DNA from: an uncultured Candidatus Poseidoniales archaeon
Lineage (GTDB): Archaea; Thermoplasmatota; Poseidoniia; Poseidoniales; Poseidoniaceae
DNA: 64,000 nucleotides
Direction: 5' to 3'
Assembly (NCBI GenBank): GCA_964587885.1
Contig: CAZPME010000003.1
Location: 40,996 to 104,995, forward strand
Within the stretch, counting starts at the first letter, position 1. Each line of letters starts with the position of its first letter. The notes beneath the pieces were generated by a model. The model made no database searches and was not told the DNA's origin. It saw only the letters and a program-made list of their open reading frames with translations. Shown here piece after piece: positions 9,587 through 19,052 of this stretch. The translations under genes were made by a program, and so were the position numbers.

Positions 9587-10265
9587 TCAATTTTTCATCT
9601 GCGATAATCTTGCCACTGTCTAGACGTACCACTCGAGTTGCAAATCTTGTTAAAGATTCATCATGTGTGACCATTATCGTGGTAATTCCTTCTCGTTCAC
9701 AGACTTCCCCTAATACTTCCATCACCATGGCCGAGGTCGTAGAATCAAGATTGCCAGTTAATTCATCACCGAGTAATAATTTCGGGCTTTTGGCTAGGCT
9801 ACGGGCGATTGCAACTCGTTGTTGCTGACCACCACTGATTTCGGCGGGAAAACGATCTACTTCACCCTCTAGGCCAACCATCAATAGCAATTCACGTGCT
9901 CGCTGTTCATCTCGTTGCCCAGACATTTCTTGTATCAATAATACATTCTCTAGTACCGTTAAGTCTTGTAAGAGGTTAAAAAATTGGAAAACATATCCGA
10001 TATTTTCTCGCCGAAAAGTAGTCATCACCTCGGATTCATTTCGGGGCACATCACGCATATTGAAGGAGTAATCACCAGCTGTAGGATTATCCAATGCCGC
10101 GATACAATTCAAGAGCGTTGTCTTACCAGAACCTGAGGGTCCAAGCAAGATTACTCTCTCACCAACCTCAATTTCCAAGTCGACACCATCGAGAGCTTTA
10201 ATTGTCTCAGAAGCCATTTCATAGTGCCGTGTTATCCCTTGCATTTGCAGCAATGAGTTAGACAT
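9579..10265 (-). CDS. ABC transporter ATP-binding protein (MacB/LolD/FtsE-like)
   Basis: Walker A LLGPSGSGKTTLLN, signature LSGGQQQRVAIARSL, Walker B LLLGDELTGNLD. Confidence 0.85.
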   Translation of the reverse strand: MSNSLLQMQGITRHYEMASETIKALDGVDLEIEVGERVILLGPSGSGKTTLLNCIAALDNPTAGDYSFNMRDVPRNESEVMTTFRRENIGYVFQFFNLLQDLTVLENVLLIQEMSGQRDEQRARELLLMVGLEGEVDRFPAEISGGQQQRVAIARSLAKSPKLLLGDELTGNLDSTTSAMVMEVLGEVCEREGITTIMVTHDESLTRFATRVVRLDSGKIIADEKLSE

Positions 10266-10352
10266 GGCAGTCCGTTTACGCCGATGCTACTAAACATTTC
10301 TTTGAGCCTTGATAATAAAATGGTTTGAAAGGAGGAAAGGATTCGCAATGTT

Positions 10353-11141
10353 GTGAGCGCCAATTTAAGCAAGCAAGCACGGTTGAATGAGCTACTTCCT
10401 AACGGCAGAGGTGTTTGGATTCCTGTCGACCACGGAGCCTCTCAATTTCCAAGTTCTGGCTTGGAAAACATGACTGATTTATACAGCAAATTAGGCGCGG
10501 CAGATGCTGTCGTGGCCCAAAAAGGAGTCGTTAGCTATTTGTCAACATTTACTGGCCCCCCACTTATCGCTCATCTTTCGGTTTCGACGGTGCATGGCGG
10601 CGAACATAGCGATAACAAAGTCTTGGTCGGTAGTGTCGAAGAGGCAGTAGCACGTGGTGCGCTTGCAGTAAGTGCTCAAGTAAATCTTGGATCAATTCAC
10701 GAAAACGAGATGATTGCTAGAATGGGAGAATTGAGTCGCCAATGCCATCTTCAAGGAATTCCTTTGCTTGGGATGATGTATGCTCGAGGTCCTAATCTTC
10801 AAACAGATGGCGACCCTACTTTGGGAATCGCCCATGCAGTACGACTCGGGTGGGAATTGGGTTGTGATGTCGTAAAGACTTCATGGACTGGTTCGATGGA
10901 AACCTTTGAAATCGTTACTTCTGGAGTACCCATTCCAGTATTAATCGCAGGTGGAGAAAGTGATGGTAACGTAGTGGGATTGCTGAAAATGGTCAAGCAA
11001 TCTATTCTTGCAGGTGGAGCCGGAATTTGTATGGGTCGTCAAGTCTTTGCCAGCAATGATGTAGCCGGCCTAGCAAAGGCATTGCACCAAGTTGTCCATG
11101 CCGGAATTGGTCCTCTCGTAGCAGCGGAAAAAATGAGGTGA
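10353..11141 (+). CDS. class I (DhnA-type) aldolase family; likely 2-amino-3,7-dideoxy-D-threo-hept-6-ulosonate synthase (AroA') / fructose-bisphosphate aldolase
   Basis: 262 aa with VWIPVDHGAS motif of the archaeal DhnA aldolase family. Lies immediately upstream of a DHQ synthase II-like gene. GTG start with GGAGGA 14-20 nt upstream. Confidence 0.6.
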   Translation: MSANLSKQARLNELLPNGRGVWIPVDHGASQFPSSGLENMTDLYSKLGAADAVVAQKGVVSYLSTFTGPPLIAHLSVSTVHGGEHSDNKVLVGSVEEAVARGALAVSAQVNLGSIHENEMIARMGELSRQCHLQGIPLLGMMYARGPNLQTDGDPTLGIAHAVRLGWELGCDVVKTSWTGSMETFEIVTSGVPIPVLIAGGESDGNVVGLLKMVKQSILAGGAGICMGRQVFASNDVAGLAKALHQVVHAGIGPLVAAEKMR

Positions 11142-11145
11142 ATAA

Positions 11146-12165
11146 GTGGAATTGTGGCTTGATGCGGAATCAGCATCGGGTAAAGGCCAAATTGAATCAT
11201 CCGAATTTGTTGATTCAATCGACCAAAGAATCGGAATTGATATCTTCATTGATGAAGGAAAACTGCTCGATAATGAAGGAAAAATCATCGGTGCTCATGT
11301 CATTATTGATGATGAGCACGGTCAAACATTAGCAAGAAGCACGATTGGTTCGGTCCAATGGCTACTGGTAGAATGCCGAAATTGGACGATAATCCCCCTT
11401 GAAAATCTCATCGCTGATGCAGATTCTACCCCCACATCAATCGCAGTAAAAATTAACGATTCGAAACTGATTTCGGGAGCCGCATTTGCATTAGAAATTG
11501 GAGTCGATGCAATCGTTTTAAGCGATGACCTCGAATTATGGGAACAAGCGGCGATTTGTAAAGCACATCGATTATCTAAATCTACAGCACCAATAATCCA
11601 CGATAAATCTGAGCAATCATCTCCTCTCCAAGCGGTTAAAATTATTGAAATCCAGCGCTCAATTACTGGTGATCGCGTCTGTGTCGATTTTACCACATTA
11701 TTGCGGCAAGGCGAAGGAATGCTGGTAGGGTCATCTTCGAGCATGATGGCATTGATACATGGTGAGACCTTAGAAAGTGGATATGTACCTCCTCGCCCAT
11801 TTAGGGTAAACGCAGGAGCGGTGCATTCCTATTGCATTATGGGTGATGGGAAAACCAAATATCTCTCCGAAGTTCATGCAGGAGACAATTTGAGGGTTCA
11901 CGATTCACAAGGAAATTTTCGCATTCTAACCGTTGGCAGAGTTAAAATAGAACACCGTCCATTAATAATATTGAAAATGTCTAATGAAAATGCTCATACA
12001 GGTTCCGTGTGCCTACAACAAGCGGAGACGGTAAGGCTAGTCGTAATGAATGGCCAAACGCAGGGGGTAAACGAATTGATGATTGATGATTTGGTTATGG
12101 CTAGATTTGATTCATCTGGACGCCATGTGGGTAGTAAAATCTCCGCCAAAGTTACTGAGAGGTGA
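11146..12165 (+). CDS. 3-dehydroquinate synthase II (archaeal type, AroB')
   Basis: 339 aa, size and position (between the ADH-synthase-like aldolase and the GHMP shikimate kinase) fit the archaeal DHQS-II. Assignment rests mainly on context. Confidence 0.5.
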   Translation: MELWLDAESASGKGQIESSEFVDSIDQRIGIDIFIDEGKLLDNEGKIIGAHVIIDDEHGQTLARSTIGSVQWLLVECRNWTIIPLENLIADADSTPTSIAVKINDSKLISGAAFALEIGVDAIVLSDDLELWEQAAICKAHRLSKSTAPIIHDKSEQSSPLQAVKIIEIQRSITGDRVCVDFTTLLRQGEGMLVGSSSSMMALIHGETLESGYVPPRPFRVNAGAVHSYCIMGDGKTKYLSEVHAGDNLRVHDSQGNFRILTVGRVKIEHRPLIILKMSNENAHTGSVCLQQAETVRLVVMNGQTQGVNELMIDDLVMARFDSSGRHVGSKISAKVTER

Positions 12166-13058
12166 GAATGATGGCGGTATTAGGAAAAGGCAAAGCACAC
12201 GGAGCATGTAGTTTATTACACGCCGCAGGCTTAGGCATGGGAGCAAGTTTAGCTCTCGACATTAATGCGGTAGCGATGGTTCGTGATGATGAACCGAAAT
12301 CACCACCATCAGACCCAGATGGCTTACTTGATGCAGTGGTTGCCGCTTGGCAAGCAGCCGGGCATGAACTCCCCGCAGAGGAAATCTATTGGACAATCCG
12401 TTCGAAAATTCCCCAAGGACAAGGTCTGAAATCTAGTGCTGCTATTGCAGTCGCTGCATTACGTGCTTTGGCCGATGCAACCAATTCTTCAATTCAGATT
12501 ACCCAAATAATAGATATGGCTGTAGCCGCACAATCCACGGCTGGAGTTAGTTTGACCGGAAGTGTCGATGATGCTTGGGCCGCAGCCGAAGAAGGATGGA
12601 AAGTCGTTGATGTGAATGTCCCTGCTGAACAAGGAGTACTATTGGCTGGAGATGGACCCCCAAGTGAAGCATGGACGGTGTTATTGGTATTACGCGGCAG
12701 GCGCTCAGAAACTCCGGAAAGTGATGCTTTTGCTTGGCATCAACAAGGCTTCCAGCAAGCACTAAATGCGATTCAAAGTGGGCGTGAATTGGTTGCAGTG
12801 ACCTCGAATGGCCGAGCAATGGCAGGAGTATTGAATGATTCAATCGGTCGACGAATCGCTAACGAAGCGACCATGTTTGGTGCTAGGGCGGCTGGTATTT
12901 CGGGCTCGGGGCCTGCGATCGTAATTTTTGTTCCTGCAGTAAGTACACCAATTGTTGAACACCTAACCAATCATTTCCAAAATTCTGATGATGTTGAAGA
13001 TGTGATGATAACCAAAGTTCTCAACCCTAAAGCCGAAAATGAGGAAGAATTAGAATAG
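12162..13058 (+). CDS. shikimate kinase, archaeal GHMP-kinase type
   Basis: GHMP motif PQGQGLKSSAAIAVAALRAL and N-terminal GKAHGACSLLHAAGLGMGASLALDI, typical of archaeal shikimate kinase. Overlaps the upstream gene by 4 nt. Confidence 0.7.
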   Translation: MRMMAVLGKGKAHGACSLLHAAGLGMGASLALDINAVAMVRDDEPKSPPSDPDGLLDAVVAAWQAAGHELPAEEIYWTIRSKIPQGQGLKSSAAIAVAALRALADATNSSIQITQIIDMAVAAQSTAGVSLTGSVDDAWAAAEEGWKVVDVNVPAEQGVLLAGDGPPSEAWTVLLVLRGRRSETPESDAFAWHQQGFQQALNAIQSGRELVAVTSNGRAMAGVLNDSIGRRIANEATMFGARAAGISGSGPAIVIFVPAVSTPIVEHLTNHFQNSDDVEDVMITKVLNPKAENEEELE

Positions 13059-13069
13059 TTCACTAACCT

Positions 13070-14389
13070 TCAACTAGCGATTAATCCGAACGTTCCAGTA
13101 AGAAAGGTGACAAATTCAATTAATTCATTATGGTCGATTAGGAAATGAAGGGACGGACTAACATTTGCAGTAATTTGCAATCTCCGGGCAATAAATCCAT
13201 GTGGTGAATTTACCATCAAATCTTCACGACTAATGTTGGATATACCATTTCCAATTAATGAAACCAAAGACGAAACTTCACCGATAGAAAATCCCAAACC
13301 CGTAGTCATCAACTTTTGTAATGCGGATTGAGGGTAAGCATCATCAACCACCATCTCGATTCTGCCGGAAATAGTCTGGAGAAACCAAGTCTTGATATCA
13401 TGCTGCTCAAATAATTGCAATATTTCTCTTGTTAACGATGATGCGCTCTGCGCAGAAGGTGTAGTGATAGTCACCATCCTCACTGGATGAGTGCAAACAA
13501 TTGCCTTTACCTGTGGTTGCTCAAGATTCAAATCCGGGCCGATGACCGTACCATTTCCCTCTCCGTGAAGAGGTCTCAATTCAAGTGCGACACCAACGTT
13601 GGCAACCGGTTCAATGCATTGTGAGTGAAGAATCGAAGTGCCTAGGCGAGCCAATTCACTCGCTTCAGAGTACCCGAGATAAGGGATTTTCTTACCCTTA
13701 ATCCCGTGCAATGGATTAATTGATAAGATACCATCAATGTCTTTCCACAATACAACTTTTCTAGCTTGGAGGACGGCACCTATTGCTGAAGCAGTAACAT
13801 CACTACCACCTCTTTCAAGTACGGCAATTTTCCCATCTTCGTTGATTCCATACCAACCGGTAATGATGGGGATATTTTTCATTGATAACATCTCATTTAG
13901 AACTGGAAGTGCCGGCTCAATCTTGAGATGACGGTGGCGGCCACCTCCTTGAATCACAACACCTATTTCCTCAGCCCAAACTGCAACCGCTTGATGAAAT
14001 TGCATCTTAAGATATTCAGCGATTAAAACGCTCGCCATTTTTTCCCCATATGATAAAATTCTATGTTCAATGGAATCATCAATTCTGTTCTCTTCCAATT
14101 GGGCAGCATCTTCAGCAAGTTGGACGAGTAAATTAGAAAACCTCTCTGAATTAACGATATTAGCCGTTGTCGAGGAAATATCAGCATGAATCGCACGGAT
14201 TTTAGAAATTATTGAAGAAGGATTCTGCTTACAATTGATGGCCTCTAATAGAAGATTGGTTACTCCACCAAATGCTGATACTACAACTACAGGTTTTCCA
14301 TGTGAATTACCAATAATCTCAGATATCCTCTCAAGATCCTGTATACTCTTCAAACACGAACCGCCGAACTTGTAGACAATTAAACTCAA
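13070..14389 (-). CDS. lysC: aspartate kinase (amino-acid kinase family with C-terminal ACT domains)
   Basis: N-terminus LIVYKFGGSCL...KPVVVVSAFGGVTNLLLEA is the aspartokinase signature. C-terminal ACT-like repeats. 439 aa. Confidence 0.7.
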   Translation of the reverse strand: MSLIVYKFGGSCLKSIQDLERISEIIGNSHGKPVVVVSAFGGVTNLLLEAINCKQNPSSIISKIRAIHADISSTTANIVNSERFSNLLVQLAEDAAQLEENRIDDSIEHRILSYGEKMASVLIAEYLKMQFHQAVAVWAEEIGVVIQGGGRHRHLKIEPALPVLNEMLSMKNIPIITGWYGINEDGKIAVLERGGSDVTASAIGAVLQARKVVLWKDIDGILSINPLHGIKGKKIPYLGYSEASELARLGTSILHSQCIEPVANVGVALELRPLHGEGNGTVIGPDLNLEQPQVKAIVCTHPVRMVTITTPSAQSASSLTREILQLFEQHDIKTWFLQTISGRIEMVVDDAYPQSALQKLMTTGLGFSIGEVSSLVSLIGNGISNISREDLMVNSPHGFIARRLQITANVSPSLHFLIDHNELIEFVTFLTGTFGLIAS

Positions 14390-15466
14390 CTACATCCCTC
14401 CCCGCAAGGCAAGATCGCAAATGACCAATATTCCTGTTGCCTCTACTACCGCAGTTGCACGTGGTGCAATCACTGGATCGTGACGACCCTCAATCTGCAA
14501 TGATTCTTGCTCCCCACTACTCAGATTGAGTGTCATTTGAGGTTGACCAATACTGCTGGGAGGTTTGAAAGTAACTTTGATTGAAAGTGGCGAACCAGTG
14601 GCCAATCCACCGAGAGCACCATCGCTATTCCGACCCTGTGGTTGGGGTCCTGATTCAGTCAATTCCCAAGGATCGTTATGTTCGCTACCTCGCATTGTTG
14701 CAGCATTTTTCCCTCGACCAAATTCGACTGCTCTTGCCGCCGGAATAGCCATCAATGCCCGCGCAAGAGCTGGCTCAATTCCATCGTACCATGGTTCACC
14801 AATTCCTAATGGTAAACCGGAAATTTGCATCTCAACACAACTGCCAATCGAATCTGAATCGGTGATAAGGCTTTCAACCAAAGCCACCATTTCCGTGGCG
14901 GCATTTGAATCTCGACATCGCATTCGGCGACAGTCGTCATCACCCTCTATATCGTTAACACACTGAGCAATCGGAATGGATTCTACCGTACCAATTGAGG
15001 AAGTATGAGCGATAACCTGCACTCCCCACTTTTCTAATAATGGTGCACACAATGCCGCAGCTGCGACTATCCCCACAGTTAATCTGCCAGAGGTACTTCC
15101 ACCGCCACGCAAATCTGCATTTCCTTCAGTGCGCTCGATTACTGGAAGATCGGCATGACCAGGACGTGGATGATTGGGCAAAAATGAATAATCTGACGAA
15201 TGGGCATCTTTGTTTTTAACCACGATTAGGATTGGCCAGCCTGTCGTCTTTCCTTGGTGTACTCCCGAAATAATCTCGCAAGAGTCATCCTCTTTTCTTG
15301 CCGATGCTAATGACCCACCTGGGCGGCGAGTATCTAATGCAACTTGGATTGCTGAATGATCGACATTGATACCACTAGGCATCCCTTCGACTAATGCTCC
15401 TACGGCTTGACCATGACTTTCTCCAAACAAAGTGACACGCAATTTCTCGCCAAATCCCATTTGCAC
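14390..15466 (-). CDS. aroC: chorismate synthase
   Basis: N-terminal FGEKLRVTLFGESHGQAVGALVEGMPSG signature. 358 aa. Confidence 0.85.
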   Translation of the reverse strand: MQMGFGEKLRVTLFGESHGQAVGALVEGMPSGINVDHSAIQVALDTRRPGGSLASARKEDDSCEIISGVHQGKTTGWPILIVVKNKDAHSSDYSFLPNHPRPGHADLPVIERTEGNADLRGGGSTSGRLTVGIVAAAALCAPLLEKWGVQVIAHTSSIGTVESIPIAQCVNDIEGDDDCRRMRCRDSNAATEMVALVESLITDSDSIGSCVEMQISGLPLGIGEPWYDGIEPALARALMAIPAARAVEFGRGKNAATMRGSEHNDPWELTESGPQPQGRNSDGALGGLATGSPLSIKVTFKPPSSIGQPQMTLNLSSGEQESLQIEGRHDPVIAPRATAVVEATGILVICDLALRGGM

Positions 15467-15524
15467 GATTATCCATCCATGTAGTTAAGGTGGACTTCTA
15501 AGCCTTATTACCGGCCTATTTTTT

Positions 15525-16490
15525 CTATTCCTTATTTTCGCGCCAGCGTTGAACTCTCAATGGTATATTTGCGGCGAAAACTGTGCCAACCAGTAAGAAG
15601 ACAATGAGAGAGCCAAGGGCAACTCCATAAACGGAAATTAACTCAACACTGGCTTCCATCCTAAGGGCCGTCTCGGCACTAAATGGACGAATAAACATCG
15701 GCAGTATTTGATTAACAGACAATACTATGAAGGCTAAACCACCGGCAATAATTGGATTAACTAGTAGGCTACGGTGATACTTGCCAATTACCCGCTTCAC
15801 ATTCATCACGTAGACTTCATTAGTCCGAATACTGGTATCAAGCATGCTGAAACGAATGACGCCATTGGTTAGTTCGAAATACATCACCAAAATAACCGCA
15901 TACATTACCACTAAGACCGTGAGCATCATCGGGTTGTCGGCAAAGCCGAACCAATCGTTAGATAAACTGACCTTACTACTTGCGAAGCGAAGTGCTGAAA
16001 CTATGAATAAAATGTAAGAACTTAGTAACCAACGTGGATCACGGCGAAAGGTTCCCCAAAAACCAGTTCCTACTGCACTGGCTACAAATAAGGTCTGAAT
16101 CAACTCGGCAAAGCCAGCACTGCCGAAAATCCAATACCACATCGTACCTTGTGGAGGAGTCACAATGTAGGTCAATATTCCCAATGCCACTAGGAGTGCA
16201 TAGGCCGCTAATTGCAACGTTTGTACCATCTTGTCAGCAGGTAGAAATTTCACCTTAGGAACTAGTGGACCGCCAAGTAAACTCTCAATGAATGAAGGAA
16301 TTTGAACTTGAGGAATCGCGTCCTTGGGTATCTCTCCACCAGCAGAAGACATCTTGCCTGCCAATTTCTTGCGGCTTGGTGCTGCAGCACGAACGGTTTT
16401 TCCATCGTATAGATGTGAAGTATCTGCAGATTTACCTTTACCTGCCGTAGGAACGGCAGGTCTTGCGGGAGCGGGTGGTGGTGCTACCAT
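15525..16490 (-). CDS. polytopic membrane protein with Pro/Ala-rich N-terminus (last gene of MoxR cluster)
   Basis: 321 aa with ~6 predicted TM helices and N-terminal APPPAPARPAVPTAGKGK. No family assigned. Confidence 0.4.
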   Translation of the reverse strand: MVAPPPAPARPAVPTAGKGKSADTSHLYDGKTVRAAAPSRKKLAGKMSSAGGEIPKDAIPQVQIPSFIESLLGGPLVPKVKFLPADKMVQTLQLAAYALLVALGILTYIVTPPQGTMWYWIFGSAGFAELIQTLFVASAVGTGFWGTFRRDPRWLLSSYILFIVSALRFASSKVSLSNDWFGFADNPMMLTVLVVMYAVILVMYFELTNGVIRFSMLDTSIRTNEVYVMNVKRVIGKYHRSLLVNPIIAGGLAFIVLSVNQILPMFIRPFSAETALRMEASVELISVYGVALGSLIVFLLVGTVFAANIPLRVQRWRENKE

Positions 16491-16499
16491 GATAATCCC

Positions 16500-17825
16500 T
16501 CAAAATCCCCTTGCACCAGCAAGTGCAGTAGATAGGAGCATATCTGGCTCCCAATCCATAATATGGACGCCAAGACCACGTAACTCACTAATTAGAATAT
16601 CACGTTCTGTCTTGAGAACTTCGTAACCTGTACGGTCGAGTCGGCGAGCATCGAATTCAAATTCTAAACTCGATGGTGATAGAACGGTTACATCAAACTC
16701 ACGGGCTCTAAAGTCGCGCAAAGCATTGACCGCAGTTGGATCATCCTCAAGATTTGATAAGACGATAATTGGACTTCCCTTGTTGATGTGCGGCAAAATT
16801 CGATTGACAACTACCTGTAAGGGTATGTTTCCACGAGCCATGGCACCAGCAAGTTTGGTCAGTAAGACGTAGAGTTGTTTCTTACCAGTATCACGGTCAA
16901 CACTCATTACTTCATCACCATAGACGATTAATCCAACAGAATCACGACGCGAAAGGAAGTATCGGGCAAGGCTTGCTGCAGCACGAGTCGAATATACCAA
17001 GGCATTACGAGAAACTGGGCCAGTCTCACTAACTGAGCGTCCATCGACAATCAAGATGATGTCGCTAACCGCATCTCGCTCTCTTTCATTGACCATCAAC
17101 TCGCCTGAACGTGCGTATGCATTCCAGTTAATTTGGCGAAATGAGTCGCCGTCAATGTAATTGCGCAGGCTGTAAAATTCACTACCTGGTCCTGGCTGAC
17201 GAATATTTACCGCACCGGTAAAGATTTTTGGCACCTTACTCTTAACGAAGGTGTCTTTGAGATCTTCCATCTTCGGGAATACTAAGAAATCACTGTAAAC
17301 CTGTAGTTCCTTTTCCTTGTGGAATAGGCCAAATGTATCCTGAATTCTTACGGTAACCGGCCCAATACTGTAAAACCCACGCAATGGGCATTCGACCGCA
17401 TACTCAATATGAGTCTCTCGGTTTGGACCTAATTCCATCAAAATGTAATTTGCACCTTCCTTGATTCTCATTACTTCAGGTACGCGATCACGAACTTCGA
17501 GAACTTTAGGTATTGAACTATGGTTTTGGCACCTTAATGTTACTTGAAAGTCACCATCTTCGAATATTCTTGCAGAAGATAATTTACGCATTGCAGTGAC
17601 ACTAGAGAGAGCAACCCCTTCCTCTCCCTGCCACTCTTCTGCGCGCCTTCCAGTACTGGCAACGTCAGCGTGATTGGTGAATAACGCGGCATAAGTCAAG
17701 AATACAAATATGACTACTGCTACAGTTACTAGTTGTGAATTACGCAAAGTCAAGCCTAGGAGATACAAGGCTACAGCAAGGCTACCAAGCATTGCTGACT
17801 TCCGACTCCACATCGTTTTCACCAC
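16500..17825 (-). CDS. DUF58 (vWA-like) protein, MoxR partner
   Basis: Two N-terminal TMs then a DUF58-like core (FRQINWNAYARSGELMVNERERDAVSDIILIVDGRSVS). Confidence 0.7.
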   Translation of the reverse strand: MVKTMWSRKSAMLGSLAVALYLLGLTLRNSQLVTVAVVIFVFLTYAALFTNHADVASTGRRAEEWQGEEGVALSSVTAMRKLSSARIFEDGDFQVTLRCQNHSSIPKVLEVRDRVPEVMRIKEGANYILMELGPNRETHIEYAVECPLRGFYSIGPVTVRIQDTFGLFHKEKELQVYSDFLVFPKMEDLKDTFVKSKVPKIFTGAVNIRQPGPGSEFYSLRNYIDGDSFRQINWNAYARSGELMVNERERDAVSDIILIVDGRSVSETGPVSRNALVYSTRAAASLARYFLSRRDSVGLIVYGDEVMSVDRDTGKKQLYVLLTKLAGAMARGNIPLQVVVNRILPHINKGSPIIVLSNLEDDPTAVNALRDFRAREFDVTVLSPSSLEFEFDARRLDRTGYEVLKTERDILISELRGLGVHIMDWEPDMLLSTALAGARGF

Positions 17826-17850
17826 TCAATCGATTGTTGATTATTGATGC

Positions 17851-19020
17851 TCAAACAGTTGGTACTGGAACTTCTCGCAGAATGGTCTGAATGATTTCTT
17901 CGCATTCTAAGCCTTTAATTTGATGTTCTGGCTTGAGAATAATCCTGTGGGAAAGCGCAAGCGCGGCAACCGACTTAACATCGTCAGGAGTGACGAAATC
18001 ACGACCACGCAATGCTGCTGCAGCGCGGCCAGTCTTGAGCAAAGCTTGCGAACCACGTGGTGAAGCACCTACAAGAACACGTGGATCTTCACGGGTTCTT
18101 GATACGACTTCAACCATGTACATACGTAGCGCTGGGTCGACGTAAACATCTTCACAGGCCTGTTGCATAGCGATAACTCGTTGTGGATCGGTAATAACTT
18201 CGACATCGACGGCATCCTTTCGTCGAGTAATACGACGGGCGAGGATTTCATCTTCATCGGCACGGTCAGGGTATCCGACACTCATCTTGAACATGAAACG
18301 GTCCAACTGAGCTTCTGGTAAAGGATATGTTCCCTCTTGCTCAACAGGATTTTGCGTTGCCATTACAATAAATGGTGCTGGTAATTTGTGGGTTACAGTT
18401 CCGATAGTAACCTGCTTCTCTTGCATAGCCTCCAAAAGAGCAGCTTGTGTCTTTGGTGGAGCACGGTTTATTTCGTCAGCAAGTAGCAGATTACAGAATA
18501 GTGGACCTGGTTTGAAAGTAAACTCACCTTTCTTAGCGTCATAGACGTTAGTTCCGGTGATATCAGCAGGTAGCAAATCCGGTGTAAACTGAACACGCTT
18601 GAAATCACAACCGAGGGCATCGGCGAAAGTATTGGTCATCAAGGTCTTCGCAAGACCTGGATAATCCTCGAACAGTAGGTTACCGTTTGAGAGGATGTTG
18701 ATCATCACGTTATCAATAACGTGCGCTTTTCCAATAATCACTTTCTGAACTTCGGCACTGATTGCTGCGGCAATAGCGCCGACTGCGTTCAGTTTCTCAC
18801 GTACTTCGGGTGTGCTTTGGTGCTTAGGCTGGGCTGGAGCAGCTTGCGCCGGTGCTGGCATTGGTGCGGCCGGTGCTGCTGGTGCAGGCGGAGCTGCGGC
18901 GGCTGGCATCGGTGCGGCTGGCATTGGTGCGGCCGGTGCTGGCGCGGCTGGCATAGGTGCTGGCGCGGCTGGCATCGGCGGTGCTGCTGGGTTGTTCGTT
19001 GGTTGGGCTGGGGGTTGCAT
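17851..19020 (-). CDS. MoxR-family AAA+ ATPase with N-terminal Pro/Ala-rich low-complexity extension
   Basis: AAA core: GLAKT motif region, LLLADEINRAPPKTQAALLEAMQE, ...YPLPEAQLDRF. The N-terminal ~65 aa are PAAPAPMPAAPAP repeats. Confidence 0.85.
   Translation of the reverse strand: MQPPAQPTNNPAAPPMPAAPAPMPAAPAPAAPMPAAPMPAAAAPPAPAAPAAPMPAPAQAAPAQPKHQSTPEVREKLNAVGAIAAAISAEVQKVIIGKAHVIDNVMINILSNGNLLFEDYPGLAKTLMTNTFADALGCDFKRVQFTPDLLPADITGTNVYDAKKGEFTFKPGPLFCNLLLADEINRAPPKTQAALLEAMQEKQVTIGTVTHKLPAPFIVMATQNPVEQEGTYPLPEAQLDRFMFKMSVGYPDRADEDEILARRITRRKDAVDVEVITDPQRVIAMQQACEDVYVDPALRMYMVEVVSRTREDPRVLVGASPRGSQALLKTGRAAAALRGRDFVTPDDVKSVAALALSHRIILKPEHQIKGLECEEIIQTILREVPVPTV
18812..18990. repeat. imperfect short tandem repeats (gctggcatyggtgcggcyggtgc...) encoding the Pro/Ala-rich N-terminus of MoxR
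   Basis: Visible reiteration of GGC/TGG/TGC-rich ~27-30-bp units. Confidence 0.6.
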
Positions 19021-19052
19021 TCTATTTTTTCCTCCTTATTTTTTCATTTTTT

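Noticed and set aside
13070-14389. Initial expectation that this shikimate-cluster gene was EPSP synthase
   Set aside because: The sequence has the aspartokinase/amino-acid-kinase N-terminus and C-terminal ACT-like region, not an EPSP synthase fold.
16500-19020. Calling the MoxR/DUF58 pair coxD/coxE
   Set aside because: The partner is DUF58-type, not the CoxE vWA family, and the MoxR subfamily cannot be decided by eye. The idea is kept only as a hypothesis in the findings.
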